Below are positions 49,325-61,738 of a DNA stretch of 64,000 nt, in pieces. Positions within the stretch are counted from its first letter, which is position 1. Each line of letters starts with the position of its first letter. The DNA is taken from NCBI GenBank assembly GCA_030704615.1, contig CM060732.1, positions 70,928,001 to 70,992,000 of the forward strand, written 5' to 3'. Made by a program: the position numbers and the translations under genes. The notes below the pieces were generated by a model. The model ran no database searches, was not told where the DNA came from, and saw only the letters and a program-made list of their open reading frames with translations. The DNA comes from Takakia lepidozioides (Eukaryota; Plantae; Bryophyta).

Positions 49325-52265
49325 ATGGACGTGGAAACAAAACCCGATGATATGCTGATCACGGAAAGCCCGCTTATACGGCCTCTTCGACAATGTTTGC
49401 AAACAGCAAAACCAGGACCCTTCAACAGGAAGGATCTCCATTGGAAGAGTGAGACGCAATATGGGTTTATGGGTATGCGAGTGAATGTTGAAAAGGCCTG
49501 CATACCTTGGGATAGAGTTGATGACTTTGTCTTGGGAGATGAGAGTTTGGAGGATTACCCCACTCAATTTTGGGTGAATGTCCATTCTAAAGTGGAACCC
49601 GGCTCGTGAAAAGCACCCAGAGCCAACACATTTCTGTCCAGTATTATGTGTGCACCATCCTCAGTCCTTTTGACGTTTCATTGCATGTCTGTTGTCATTT
49701 TTTGTTTCACGAGTTCTCTGATTTTATGCTTCCTCAAGTCGTTGGATATCGATTTTAGAACTTTCAGTCCAGGTATCAATGCTGCTACGGTCCTGATGAC
49801 AAGCGCACCAACAAGGCAATAGTGGAGGATCCAAAACAGAAGCGTGGAGGACCTTTTGTGGGTGCTGGAACATCTTGCCCTCATAAAGGCCCAAGGAGAA
49901 AGAAGTCGGAGTATGGAGAGTCTTACAAGCGTGGTTGCCAATGTTGTTTCAAGGTCCAGCAATGCTATCTCGCCCCTGACATCTGTGTCCTCACGTACTA
50001 CAACAACATGGAGCATACAGATGCGCAAGGGAAACCCTCGCATGGGAAGTCCGCAGAGTTCAGGAACACCCGCCACGCCTATGCACCACACATTAGCGAG
50101 GAATTGAAAGCCTGGGTCGTCGAGTGTTTGTGCCGAGGCCTGTCGGTCGCCCAAATCATGATGGAGCATAAAGAGCACGTGATGAACAACACCGGCTTGG
50201 GCGATGCATGGACCCGCGATGATTTCTTCTTGGAGCAAGATGTTCGCAACCTTGCCGAGAAACGTGCGTGACAAACCTTCAAAAAGCACGCCGATGATGC
50301 GGAGAGTGTGCGCATGTGGAGAGACCAGAATCCTGCGTCCGTTTTTTTCTATCAAGAGGAGAAATTAGAGCCAACATTCGAGCATTTTGATGGAGATTTG
50401 ACATTCACTATTGGCATACAGACTCCGTGGCAGAAACGACGAATGCTGGAACTAGGATATGACCGTATCGTTGCATGTGATGCAACCTTTGGGACAAATC
50501 ATGACAAGGTACTATTCGAACGATTCCATGGACTTGTACGAGCATGATAGCATAGTACCATGCAACATTCACATAAAATTTGGTGTGCTGACTCTTTCTG
50601 TATGTTTTCATATGTACGTTGTGGAAGACCGAGGGGCAGACCCATTGTGAACCGCTGCAGACCTTATCACTCTTATGAAGCCTTCTCGTGCATAATTGAG
50701 CGGAATTTGCTTTCTTTGACCATCTTACATTGTGCATTCCAACATATTGTACACGTTGACCGCTGTGGCAGTCCAATGGGGCAGTCCGCTGCCCCAGTCC
50801 TAGCTAGGGGAAGTCCAATGGGGAAGTCCAATGGGGAAGTCCACTGGGTAGTCCAATGGGGTTATTCCTGCACATCAACGTCATGGCATTGTACTGTCCA
50901 CTGGGCGAGTCAAGTGGCTCTGCCCACTGATACAGATCGCTGTTACAGTCCACTCCGGCAGTCCACCATTGCAATCCGATCCCAAGACTCTAATGTGTAC
51001 CATGTGTGTTGTGCAGAATTGTTTTTGAAGGAGTACTCATTTTCCTCTGCCTTTGGCATGTCCACAAGGCATGGGTGAAGCAATCATGCAAGAAAACGAA
51101 GGATCCGGTGACCGCTGTAAACTTGTTGAAGGATATGGGAGACCTCATGTACTATAGAGGGGGACCACACAACGAGAAAAGAGCGCTTCAGTGGGTTGCA
51201 AGGAGAATCCGTCGTATGAGGTCAAAATACCCGAAAGGACATGAATTTCTTGACTATATCGAACAGTACTGGAAGCCCAAAATAGCAATGTGGTGTACAG
51301 CAGCCCACCATGTCCCTCATGCGAGCCAAGACACAAACGCAAGCATTGAGGCATACCATGGAAATCTGAAGGCAAGAATTGCCATAGGGAAAGGCAAGAT
51401 GAGTGGTCGTAGAGTGGACTGGCTTATATGGGAACTCACTGGCCGTGTGCTAACACAGTACTGGTACGCAATCCATTTGAAGACCCACGGGTTCATAAGA
51501 AATGACAAACACGAAAAGTATATATCCAGTTCTATACTTGCGGCATGAGACATTCATGCTGAGAGTGTTACTTTTCCCTTGGGTCCTGGTGAACCAGCCT
51601 TCGTTCTCAGCAGCACCCCGGCACAACATACATTGTTTACAATCCTAATTGTGATTGGGCTTGTTGCACGTGCCCATGGGCAATGAAGCAAGCATCAGGT
51701 CCGTGTCCTGAAGATGCTTCACCCTGACCTGCAGGATGGCCTCCTTGTGCGCGCTTGTGGCACGGCGCTGGGAACCATTCATGGAGGATTACCTAACTTG
51801 CTCTTGGGCAATGGTGCCAGCGGCAACAACGAATCCAACCAGTTCATGGAAAGACATCCTCCGGACGACTTCCCCTACGACGAGGCACCTCTGGAGGTCT
51901 CAGCCTCAATGGAACAAGAATTCGCGGATATACTTCGCATTGTAGGTGATGACAAATACCTGGAGGCACATGCCCGATCTACTATTTGTATGTGCAGATG
52001 GCAGCTCGTTGATATCCTGACGAAAAGTGCGGCTACAATGTTGCACCCTGCGGCAGCGAAGGCTTTCCGTTCTCTGAACAACAACAACAACAACAACAAC
52101 ATGTCTCTGAAAAGGAGACGAGATTTCATGGAGGCCTGGAAAACCCGGCCTAGGGTTTTGCGGAGAACCAGCAAGAGGGTGTCTGCACCTGCACCTGCAG
52201 CACATATATACTCGAAAATTCGCAAGGTTTCAGGTCGTGTAGGTGTCACGAAGAAGACAATATAA
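49325..52265 (+). pseudogene. MULE/SWIM-type transposase, spliced, inactivated by point mutations
   Basis: Motifs IPWDRVDDFV.G, YQCCYGPDD, KRGCQCCF..H (WRKY/GCM1-like), FTIGIQTPWQ..IVACDATFGTN (first D), LCLWHVHKAW (CxxH), DTNASIEAYHGNLK (E) and a SWIM-like ACCTCPW. Introns at ~49648-49772 and ~50509-51017; in-frame TGA stops at 49607, 50269 and 51546. Confidence 0.88.
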
Positions 52266-53010
52266 GTCTGCAATTCCTCTAGTAGCATTGTCCTTTTCTG
52301 AAATACAAGTCCGCAATGGACTCATGCACAGTCTCCCAACAGACTCCTCCAGTCTCCACAATCCCAGCACACTCCGGCACAAACTCCCGGTTGCAGAGTC
52401 CCACAATGGACTCCTGCACAGTCTCCCAACTGACTCCCACACAGTCTCCCAAGCATAGTTTCCCAACGGACTCACGCACAGTCTCCCAACAGAGTCACAG
52501 TCAACAGACTGCGAACGCCAATAAGCCAGTCTGCTGGTCAGTCTGCTGCCCACTCCAAAAGTCTGCTCACCACACTTCCACCTCATCCCTGCAACTCTTC
52601 CAGCAGACTGCTAGACAGACTAAGTCTCAAGCAGACTCATCCACAACAGTAGACTCAAAATGGACAGGCTCCAGTGGACTACCTCCCTAACGACTCATGC
52701 CAATCCAGCGTCCCAGCAGACTCATGGACATGGTGCCTACCAGACTAGGTACCAGACCCACCAGTCCTAGCCTCGGCAGCGTACTGCTTGCACATTCAAG
52801 CTTAGCAGACTCGGGTGCACAGTGCATGGAAAAATTGACACCATTGTGTCCATTGAGTTTAGTGACAACATTACAAAACATGCCAGCACCCACAGTACAC
52901 AAAAGTGCTCATCACCACTGGAATAGTAAGCGAAAAGACTCGCATGTTTTATTTCGGTACATAGACACAGGACAAGTACATCATACTCATGAGAGCAATT
53001 TCTCTATATA

Positions 53011-54610
53011 CTAGGCACACTGCATTCGCTGCCCAAGTGCAAACTTGAAAGTAAACCAGTCCTTTGTGAAAGGTGTTCCTCTCTCTGGCTTTGCAGTCTT
53101 GGAGACATTTCCTCTAACTTTTACCCACTCATAAAACACTTGAATGAATGACATGATGTAAAAGCCACACTCCCAGCTGAATGGTTGCTGGGGTAGATCA
53201 GGCGCGTGGAACTGAAATGCTTGGACAATCTCATGCCACTCCGGTGAGTCCATCGAGTACCCTAAGCACTCAGCATGAAGCTTCCGAATCCACCCTAGAA
53301 CAAAAGGACAACTATGCAAGTCCCTAATAGAGTTCAGGTGAGTGTAACAGCCCTTGCGGAGGTCGATGATACAAACACTCCAGTGCCCCCTGCAATGGTA
53401 TCAAACAACATGGCGTCATTGCACAATCATGATGGGCAGACTCAGCAGACTGACACTTAGCAGACCGACCACTCAGTAGACTCAGCACTCAACAGACTCA
53501 ATCTTCAAACCCAGTCCACTGCACAAACACAGAGGTCAACTTAATTGCTCAGAGTCAAGACGACACTGCGAAACCAGACTATGACTCAGGAGACAGTCTC
53601 AGCAGACTCGGAAGAGTTCTCACTCGTCCCCAATTGGCACCAAAATGAAATCGCACTCTTTCAAGTCCTTGCCTAGTCGTTCAGTGCTAAGGCAACATTT
53701 CAAGACCTCCAGAAGGCTTTCACGTTGCCCCACCCCCAATGACTTCAACACTGTCCACGTCGACGTTGGAAGAACAGCAATAGTGTTGGTGAACCGACTT
53801 CTCATAGAATCGACACCACAGCTCCATGAGTCTATCTGTGCACTCCGACTCAACCTTCTAGAGCGCCTTTATGTCATCCGGCGACAGTCCGCATTCAAAC
53901 CGTGGGTCCCCTTCAAAAAACATCAGCATGGAATTACCCGCCTTGACGTGCAGAGCATGTGCTTTGCCAAACCGAGCACCCATCCTGTACAAAGCAGACC
54001 ATCCTTCGGGAAGCCTCATGTACTGAACAGACTGACGTCAACATGGTACCAAACACTCTACAGGCTAAACAGTTCATCAGACTGACAAGACTAACCACAA
54101 CAGACAATGATGAAACCAACAGCAGACTGACTAGCGAGCAGACTGACCACAACAGAGCGCAAAGCACTTAATGACAAAGACAGACGAGGAGACTGAGCAC
54201 AGTACTCACCTATGCTGCTCCAGGAAACGACCCACATCTTTGTCCATGTCCACGGCCAGCTTGCAGTTCTTGTTCATAAAGACGCCAGACTTTTTCTTCA
54301 TCGGTCTCTTGGTACTCGGTCCCTCCTCGACCTCCTCAGCATGGTCCACGACAGTCCGCTTCTTGGCTTTGCCTCTCCCCTGGAAAGCAGGGACAGCTGT
54401 AGGCGGGCTGGATAGAGCAGACAAACGCAGCGCTGCCGCCCTACTTCGCAACAGAGGCTGGTCAGCAGGTTTGTTTACACTTGCTGGACCTGTCTTTGCA
54501 GCTTCGTGGGTCGCATGTGTACAACTGACCCGCGCATCGGGGGGCGTGCTCACCCCCACACCTTTCTTGGTTGTCGATCCCACGTTTGCAGCATAGGCAG
54601 AAGATGTCAT
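53011..54610 (-). pseudogene. Ulp1-like (peptidase C48, SUMO-protease fold) cargo gene of the MULE
   Basis: Spliced reading ..DFILVPIGDE|GHWSVCIIDLRKGCYTHLNS..LPQQPFSWECGFYIMSFI gives the His, Asp/Asn, Gln and Cys catalytic pattern. Intron ~53390-53622; upstream exon 54210-54610 is basic and NLS-like. Confidence 0.82.
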
Positions 54611-54779
54611 ATCCTTAGAAGTAGACAGTCTGCCGACGGAGGGACGAACATCCTGTGAGGATACCGAGCAAAATGGCGAATTAGCCCAATTTCACAATGT
54701 GCTAAAACATAAACAATAGTGCTGAAAGATGAAATGGCACAACCTGCCCAAGGGGTGAGGGAGCAAACTCCATGTAATC

Positions 54780-57700
54780 CAGCGCTATACCAGACATTGT
54801 CTGCGCCGCATGTGGTTCCTTGTCAGTGTGCCTGCCAGCATGTTCAGTCTGTTGCTCAATGTGGGCAGTCTGCTCGGCCACCGGTTCTTCGTCAGTCCTT
54901 TCGTCTGTGAACTGTGCAGTCTGCTGGCAACTCTGCGGTTCAGTCTCGTCCTCAATGTGGGCAGTGTGCTCGGTGGCAGGTTGGTTGTCAGTCCTTCCCT
55001 CTGTGAAGTGTGCAGTGTGCTGGTCAGGCCGTGCAGTCTGAACTGTGCAGTCAGAGCTGAGCTGTGCAGTCTGCCGCTCCGAGCCATCCTAGTCAGTCGT
55101 TCCATCTGTGACCTGTGCAGTCTGTTAATTAGTCTGCGGTTCAGTCTGCTCATCAATGAAGACAGTATGCTGCCCCGCCACAGGTTGCTCGGCAGTCCTT
55201 CCATGTGTCGACTGTTCAGTGTGTTGGTCAGTCTGGTGGACAGCCGGCTGGGTGTTCGGATCTCCATGGGCTTGGGAAACATCAAGAACATGTATGGAAG
55301 ACCCACCGGCAATTGCTTCCTCAGACTCTTCTGTAAGATCTATGATACGGTTTTGCGTTCCCAGATTGAGTTCGGTCATCACGTAAGACTCATCTATGGC
55401 TTTCGCCACTGAGCGCACGAAAACGGGACTAAGTTGGAAGGTCATAGAAGGCAGGCCACGGGGAGCTGGATAAAAATGCTTTATCGGTGACCTAATGACG
55501 TCGTCAGTGAATGTGCCTGGGAGAAAAGTGGACTCGATCAAAACACTCATACTGGCAGATCCAAAAACATGTTGTTGGGAACTCAGCAGAAATTCGTCCA
55601 CAGGGTCCCGGTGAGGCCAGTGCATCCGAGTCTGTTGCACAATCCAGGGAACAGACTGGCTGTTAGTCTCCTGGATAGTCTGCTCGGCCATCTGCTGAGT
55701 GGGTTCGCCAGTGTGCTGCACAGTCTGCTGAGGGGTAATCTGCTGGCTGGATTCGTCGGTCTGCTGCACAGTCTGCTGAGGGGCAGTCTGGTGGCCATGT
55801 TTGCTGGTCTGCTGCATAGTCGACTAAGGGGCAGTCTATTGGCCGGTCTGTTCTCCGGTCTGCTGCAAAGTCTGCAAAGTTTGCTGCCCGCTCAGTATTG
55901 TTTGCACATACTGAGTATGTGTGTGCGGGGTAGTCTGCTGGGAGTGATCCGGCCTATTACCCAGGACGGTCTGGTGCACATGCTCGGTTTCCAGCACTTG
56001 GGCAGTCTGCCCACATGTATCGTGGGGAATATGTTGTTGGACATTCTTGTGGCCAGTCTGCTGGATAGTCTCCCGAACTCCTTGTAAAGCCAGGACAAGG
56101 TCCCTTGCACCTTTGGCAAAAGAGTCGAAAGCAGCCTGCACTTGCTTGTCTCTCAGATCAACTCGCCCTGCAACACATGTTTATGCAAATGTGAACTTCT
56201 AAAAAAGTTGGCAAAAGAAATTGAGTTGAAACACGAAAGTTGCCCATAACATTTTACCTTCCAAGAGATTTCCAACGAGGCCAATGTCCTTGATTTGCCG
56301 GCACAGGCATGCTCCATCGAGATGAGCAATGGCGCCGATGCGGTCTTCAGTTGGGATCCCACACCACAGGACTTTGAAGACATTGGGATTCTGCAAAACA
56401 ATGTCGAATACTACTCACTCCATCACCAATGCAAACCAGTGCAATGCGTCATCCACCACAAACTTCTGTGAATGGTGTGTTCCATGGAGTAAGTCCATCC
56501 TCAAACTATGCAGATCCTTCATCAACTTGTTGTATGAGCGGAAATTGCCAAATTGCATCCAACTGTGTTGTAGGAAGGAAGCTGCCATGCGCTCAAAGTC
56601 CTCCTCAGTCAATCCAAACAAGTGCTTTCTTCGCACCCCAAAGGTTGGATGTGTCATAGGCATATGTCTGAGGTCTTCAGGTCGTGGGTCATCCATGAGA
56701 ATCAGCTGCACAAGTAGAGGCGACACATTTTGGACGCTTGTGGCTTCAATGGCAACAGCAGAGGCGGCTTCCAGAACATGGTTGGCTTCCTCAATAGAAA
56801 ACTCCATGGAATAATGAAAGGGTACAAATGACCACCGGCGGTCCGCAACAATCCAGTGGAGCTCATTATGCCAATCCAAATGGGGATTGATTTCTCCCAC
56901 CCTAAGCCGGGGAAGTGTGAGGTCTTCAGCTCCGGGTCGAATTACCGGTGATGGCGATCGCCAAACTGCAAAAAGCGCCATGCTATATGAGAGAAAGGCA
57001 GTCTGCTGGTCCGCAGTCTGTTGGATGACAAGACTTCCCATTGGCATGGGCTGCATGATGGGCTCCTGGAGAGGAGTCTGCAGGATAACAGGCTGCTCGT
57101 TGGGAGTCTGCTCCATTGGAGTCTGCTGGATGACAGGCTACTGGATGACGGCCTGCTGAATGGGAGTCTGTTGGATGGCAGACTCGACTGTCCCAGACGT
57201 ATTCCCTCCCGACGCGTTTTGAATATGTAATGCCGCTATAGCAGCAGATGACCCAGGATACTTCAATAATATGTACTCTCGCACGCGGTCCACTTCTGCA
57301 CGCACTACAGTCGCTTGTAAATGAACATCATTGCTAGGTATCCGCCAAGCCTGAATGGCCCTACGAATAGAAACACGTTCATCCTGGTACACGGCAGAGA
57401 TATTGGACGTCAGGAACATAGACGTGAACTCTATATTCACCTCATGCAGCGGACTGGACTCACAGACCAGCAGACTAACAGACGTAACGTGCGTACGTAG
57501 GGTGGAGGTAACTAGTAGACTGTACCAGTGGACTGGACCAGCGGACTGACAAACGGACTCAGTAAGTAATGCAGCGATATAAAACAGACTAACTGACGAG
57601 CGGAGTGAGCCAGCGGACCGAGGAGAGAACGCAGCGGATTGACTAGACTGAATAGGCAACGTGACCCCGATGATGGACTCAAACAGCACAGAGAACAGAC

Positions 57701-58719
57701 TGGGCGGTCAGACTGACCATTACCTCCTCTACTTCATCATCGTCATCTTCATCTTCAAAGCTATTCAACCAGTTCTGTTCCGCCTGTCGGATGAATGTGC
57801 GTAGCAGACCTGACTGGGCAACTCTGTAGAAATAACGGAAGAAATCTGGATCCCCAATTGGTGGGCACTCTGATGGGAAAAGCCCAAAGTCAACGAGGCG
57901 CAATGTGCCAAGGCAGACTGGTCCTTCAGTGCTCTGTTGAGTTTTTGGTTTTGACCCTAAACCTCTGGCATGGGTCGCGATATTTGTGTGAGTCTGCTGC
58001 CGAGTCTGGTCAGGCAAGTCAATGTCCACTGGACTTGTCACCCCTTCCAGGCCTTCGAAGTCATCATTCCGGATAATGGTTTGCCCGCCCTGAGCAGATT
58101 CACTTTCAGTATCAGTACTGATGGTGTGGGTCTGCCGCCCAGGACGGGGTTCAGTCTATTGCGTGGATTTTGCCCTTGCCTCGCGAGCAGACCTTGCAGC
58201 CTTCTCCTTTTCTTGCCTCTCCTTTTTTTGGGCCCCATCACTCAGTTTACGTTTTCTGGCAGCGTCCGTCGTTCCCTGCACTTGCAAATCCTCCATTGAC
58301 GGGCCACCAGAATGGACGCCATACCGTGCGCGCACTTCGTCTAATTCCAAAGTGCGGGGGTCAAGCACTGATCCGCGCAAGCGCATTGTGGCCTCTTTGA
58401 CAATCGACATTTCTTTCAGTATCGGCCAAGGCTTGAAATCCCGTGGAATCATTGCAACAATCTCCTTGCAACCCATGTCAACACAATGCCAATTTAGTTG
58501 GATTTTGTCCTTGATAACCTCTTCACAGAAGGGACAGAAGAGCTTGTCCTTCTGCCAATTCGAGTTTTTGGGCTTCCGGGCGCAGAGGTCTACAAATGCT
58601 TCCACTATTTTATGATCAAACTCGTCTGGTGAGTACCAGTACCTTCGCTCCTTCTTCAGTCTGGTTTGGTGCACAAAATCCACCCAGTCCGCTCCACCCT
58701 TTTCACAAGCATCCTCCAT
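54780..58719 (-). pseudogene. Additional MULE cargo ORFs of unknown function (zinc-finger-like N-terminal ORF, globular segments, Gln/Thr-rich repeats)
   Basis: Co-directional ORFs 58156-58719 (FCPFC..WHC), 57679-58041, 57138-57689, 56415-57116, 55836-56141 and 55125-55817 (QQT repeats). Several are joined across single TAG/TAA stops or splice-like junctions; no family recognised. Confidence 0.6.
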
Positions 58720-61539
58720 CGCTGCAGAATGAAGCGAGGGTGCAAGGACAATGAGCGACAGATAGAAGTCCTATGAAAAGACTCACCCTCAGCAAAAAGA
58801 GGACACAGAATGGAATGGAAACACCATAGCAAGTGAGAACCTCACCGAGCCGATGAACTTCGAGTTGTTACGAAGGCGAGCATGTTTGCGACGCTTTGCG
58901 GCTCACCGCGACTCTCCACACCTGGGGAAGAACGGCCGTCTTTTGTTACGGTGATGGAAACGCAAAGAGGAAAACAAAACAGTGCGAAGAAACAAGCGCG
59001 AAGAGAATGGAGTCGATCACACAGGGAACATGAGAAGAAAGTAGAAGTAGAAGGGGGAAAACGGGCATGGCACTGCCAACGTGGCGCGATTTCACAGGCG
59101 CCAACTATCCGTCGTCATCGCATTGAATACATCCACCGAACGAACACATCGTACTAAATTCATCCACGGTCCTCGCACGTGCAACAGACTCATTTCCCAT
59201 CGGGCCGAGAGTCCACCGGACCGCCAGTCCAGCGGACTATTCGCTTTGCTGAGGCGAAGCGGCTTCATATTGGAGGCACTTCCCTGCCAGCGGACACACT
59301 GAAAAGAGACTGGCAGCAGAACAGACTGACAAAGTACCAGACGAACAGACTGATATCTATCAAGGAACGATTGTCGAGCATACCTCTAGTTCAGCAGACT
59401 GGTTTGCAAAGAAGCGGGTGGAATGAAGACAAAAGAGAGTAAGGGGAGAACAGAAAAGTCGAACACACCCATTGCGAATAGACTCGCGGCACAACAGACT
59501 GATGCATGCACAGTCCAACAGACTGATATCCATAGAGGAGAACTGTCCAGCAGACGGATGTTTCGCCAGACTGGCGGGAGAACAAGCCAAAAGACTGACC
59601 AGAGGGAAAATAAGAAGTCAAACAGACTTAGTGCAACAGACTTCCAACACAACAGACTGACAAATTCACAAGTGCAACAGACTGATATCCCAACAGACGG
59701 ACTTCCAGCAGACCGCCTCCAAACTGATTGTTATGCACGCGGGGAATATCCGGAGCACTGACGGGCCAGCGGACCCACTGTGAACAGACTCGCGACACAA
59801 CGGACCTCAAACATCCACGCGCATTTGCAGATGCAATTGTCTCAGCCTGGTCCGTCTCCTGGCAAATGCGACAATGTACCGATTCTGCACCTACTCCCGT
59901 CGTGGCTCAGATATCTGCATTCAGCAGGTGCGTGTGGATGTTTGATGACCTTAGGACTGGATGGTGTTCCGTGACGACTCGAATTGCTTTTTTGTGCTGC
60001 CATCCCTTATATAATACCATGTGGATCCATCACAAAGCTGGGTTTCTTCAGAACCTCCACCCTTTTCCACAACTTATGCACGACGGATGCAAGCCGCTAT
60101 ACTTGGTCACATAAACAGTCCCATCGTCCGATACGAAATCTGCAATACACGCCCCCATGTGCATACGCTTCCGCCATTTTCGCGCCCATGTTACCCATGG
60201 GTTCCTTTAACGAACTAAACTTGTGAAGGCTCTCATGAGGGATGCAGTACGAAGGGGCTAAACGTATCATAATGGATCACAAGCAGAGGACGTTATCGAC
60301 GACAAATGTCCGCATTTTCCATATTTATGACATAGAACCAAACCATAAAACGAAGGTTCCCGAAAGCACAACAAGAAGGCAAAAATAGTGGAAGCATATG
60401 CACGATGGTGGCTGTAGTGCTGAGACAGTCCTCTCATGTTTAAGCACACGCTTCATCATCATCATGAACATCGCGCGCAAAAGAGGAACAGTCGCGTGCA
60501 TGGAAACGCCTACCGCAACATCGGACAACAAACAGCCGTCAAAAGAGAGCGGCCGGGATTTGGTGGCAAGATCATTGCCATTTTCGCAGCCCTAAAAATG
60601 GAGGGCTCGGATGGGTTATGGGAATGGACGGTGGCGATCCTGCGCCGTCAGCGGACTGGATGGCAGGGGACTGGCCAGCGGACTAGTGGGCAGACTAGCG
60701 GACTGGCAGACTGCTCGGCACCGGACTGGCCAGCACCGGACTGGCGGGCAGACTGGCGGACTGGCAGACTACTGGGCAATAGACTGGCTAGCAGCGGCCA
60801 GCAGCGGACTGGCAGATTGGAGGGCAGCGGACTCATGGGCGGGGGACTGGCCGCGCCTGCAGCTGGGCAACCGCGCGCAGCAGCGGCGGGGCGGGGCGGG
60901 CGGGGTGCTGGGGAGCCGGGCGTCCGTGCGCGGGGCCCACCGGCCACATCGCACGTGGCCATTGAAGACCCTATTATCTTTAAAATGAGAGGCTCTTGGT
61001 GGATACTGGATACCTAATCCATAATACATATAGAATAATAATCTCTCAGAAATCACACTTAAAGCCTAAGGAGCACTTACACAGAGCTTAAAAACCGGAT
61101 TTTAACCCCAAAAAAATAAAATAAAATTGAATGATCTCCATGTTAAACAAGCAGCTAGTATGGCTCCTCTTTGTGAATAATTTCATAATAAGCTTGAAAA
61201 TTCACCATTTATTTCTTATAAGTTGTTCAATATCATAGATATATAACTTGAGAGAGGTGTTACCTGGAGAAGGCACATTAGGAACCAGTTTTCAACAAAG
61301 GAGAGGAGGTGACACCTGGGCACAACAGGGTCTTAGCGGTTTTTGACATGGATGCATAGTCTCCGCTTTAGAATATAGAGGAGCCAATAAAGAGCTGACA
61401 GATTTAATTGATATATGTGATGACCCTTTTAGACGAAGTTCTCTTGCTATACATATGTACATGTGTGCGTTTGAAGAAAATTAACACTTATTAAGGGTCA
61501 GTTAGTAAAGAAAGGAGTAAGAAAACATCATAACACATA

Positions 61540-61738
61540 CCGTAGTACCTTGGCAATTTCGACACAAATTTTAATATTTCAAAGATTGTTGAAAATTTTG
61601 AAAATTGATTTTGTGAAATTAAATAACTTTGTGAATGATAATGAAGAATCTTTGGGAATGTTCCATATGTTGAAATGAAATTCTCAAAATAAAATAAATA
61701 TTCGACCAATGATTGTTGAACTTGCCAAGGTACTACAA
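61540..61738. mobile_element. Second copy of the ~200 bp MITE
   Basis: TA-CCGTAGTACCTTGGCAA...TTGCCAAGGTACTAC; body near-identical to 48334-48532. Confidence 0.85.

Larger units (their letters stand above)
48816..60993. mobile_element. Full-length Mutator-like element (MULE), 12,178 bp
   Basis: GC-rich TIRs ~48816-49180 and ~60587-60993 beginning GCCTCTCATTTTAA; perfect 9 bp TSD TCTTGGTGG at 48807-48815 and 60994-61002; internal transposase and cargo. Confidence 0.95.

Noticed and set aside
48821-49350. Multiple overlapping GC-rich ORFs (also 60436-61056, 19034-21220, 63582-63893)
   Set aside because: They arise from stop-poor GC-rich TIR and LTR sequence and are mirrored between repeat copies.
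49607-51548. Stop codons corrected by U-to-C RNA editing or readthrough
   Set aside because: U-to-C editing is established for organellar transcripts, not nuclear TEs; methylation-driven C>T decay is the simpler explanation.
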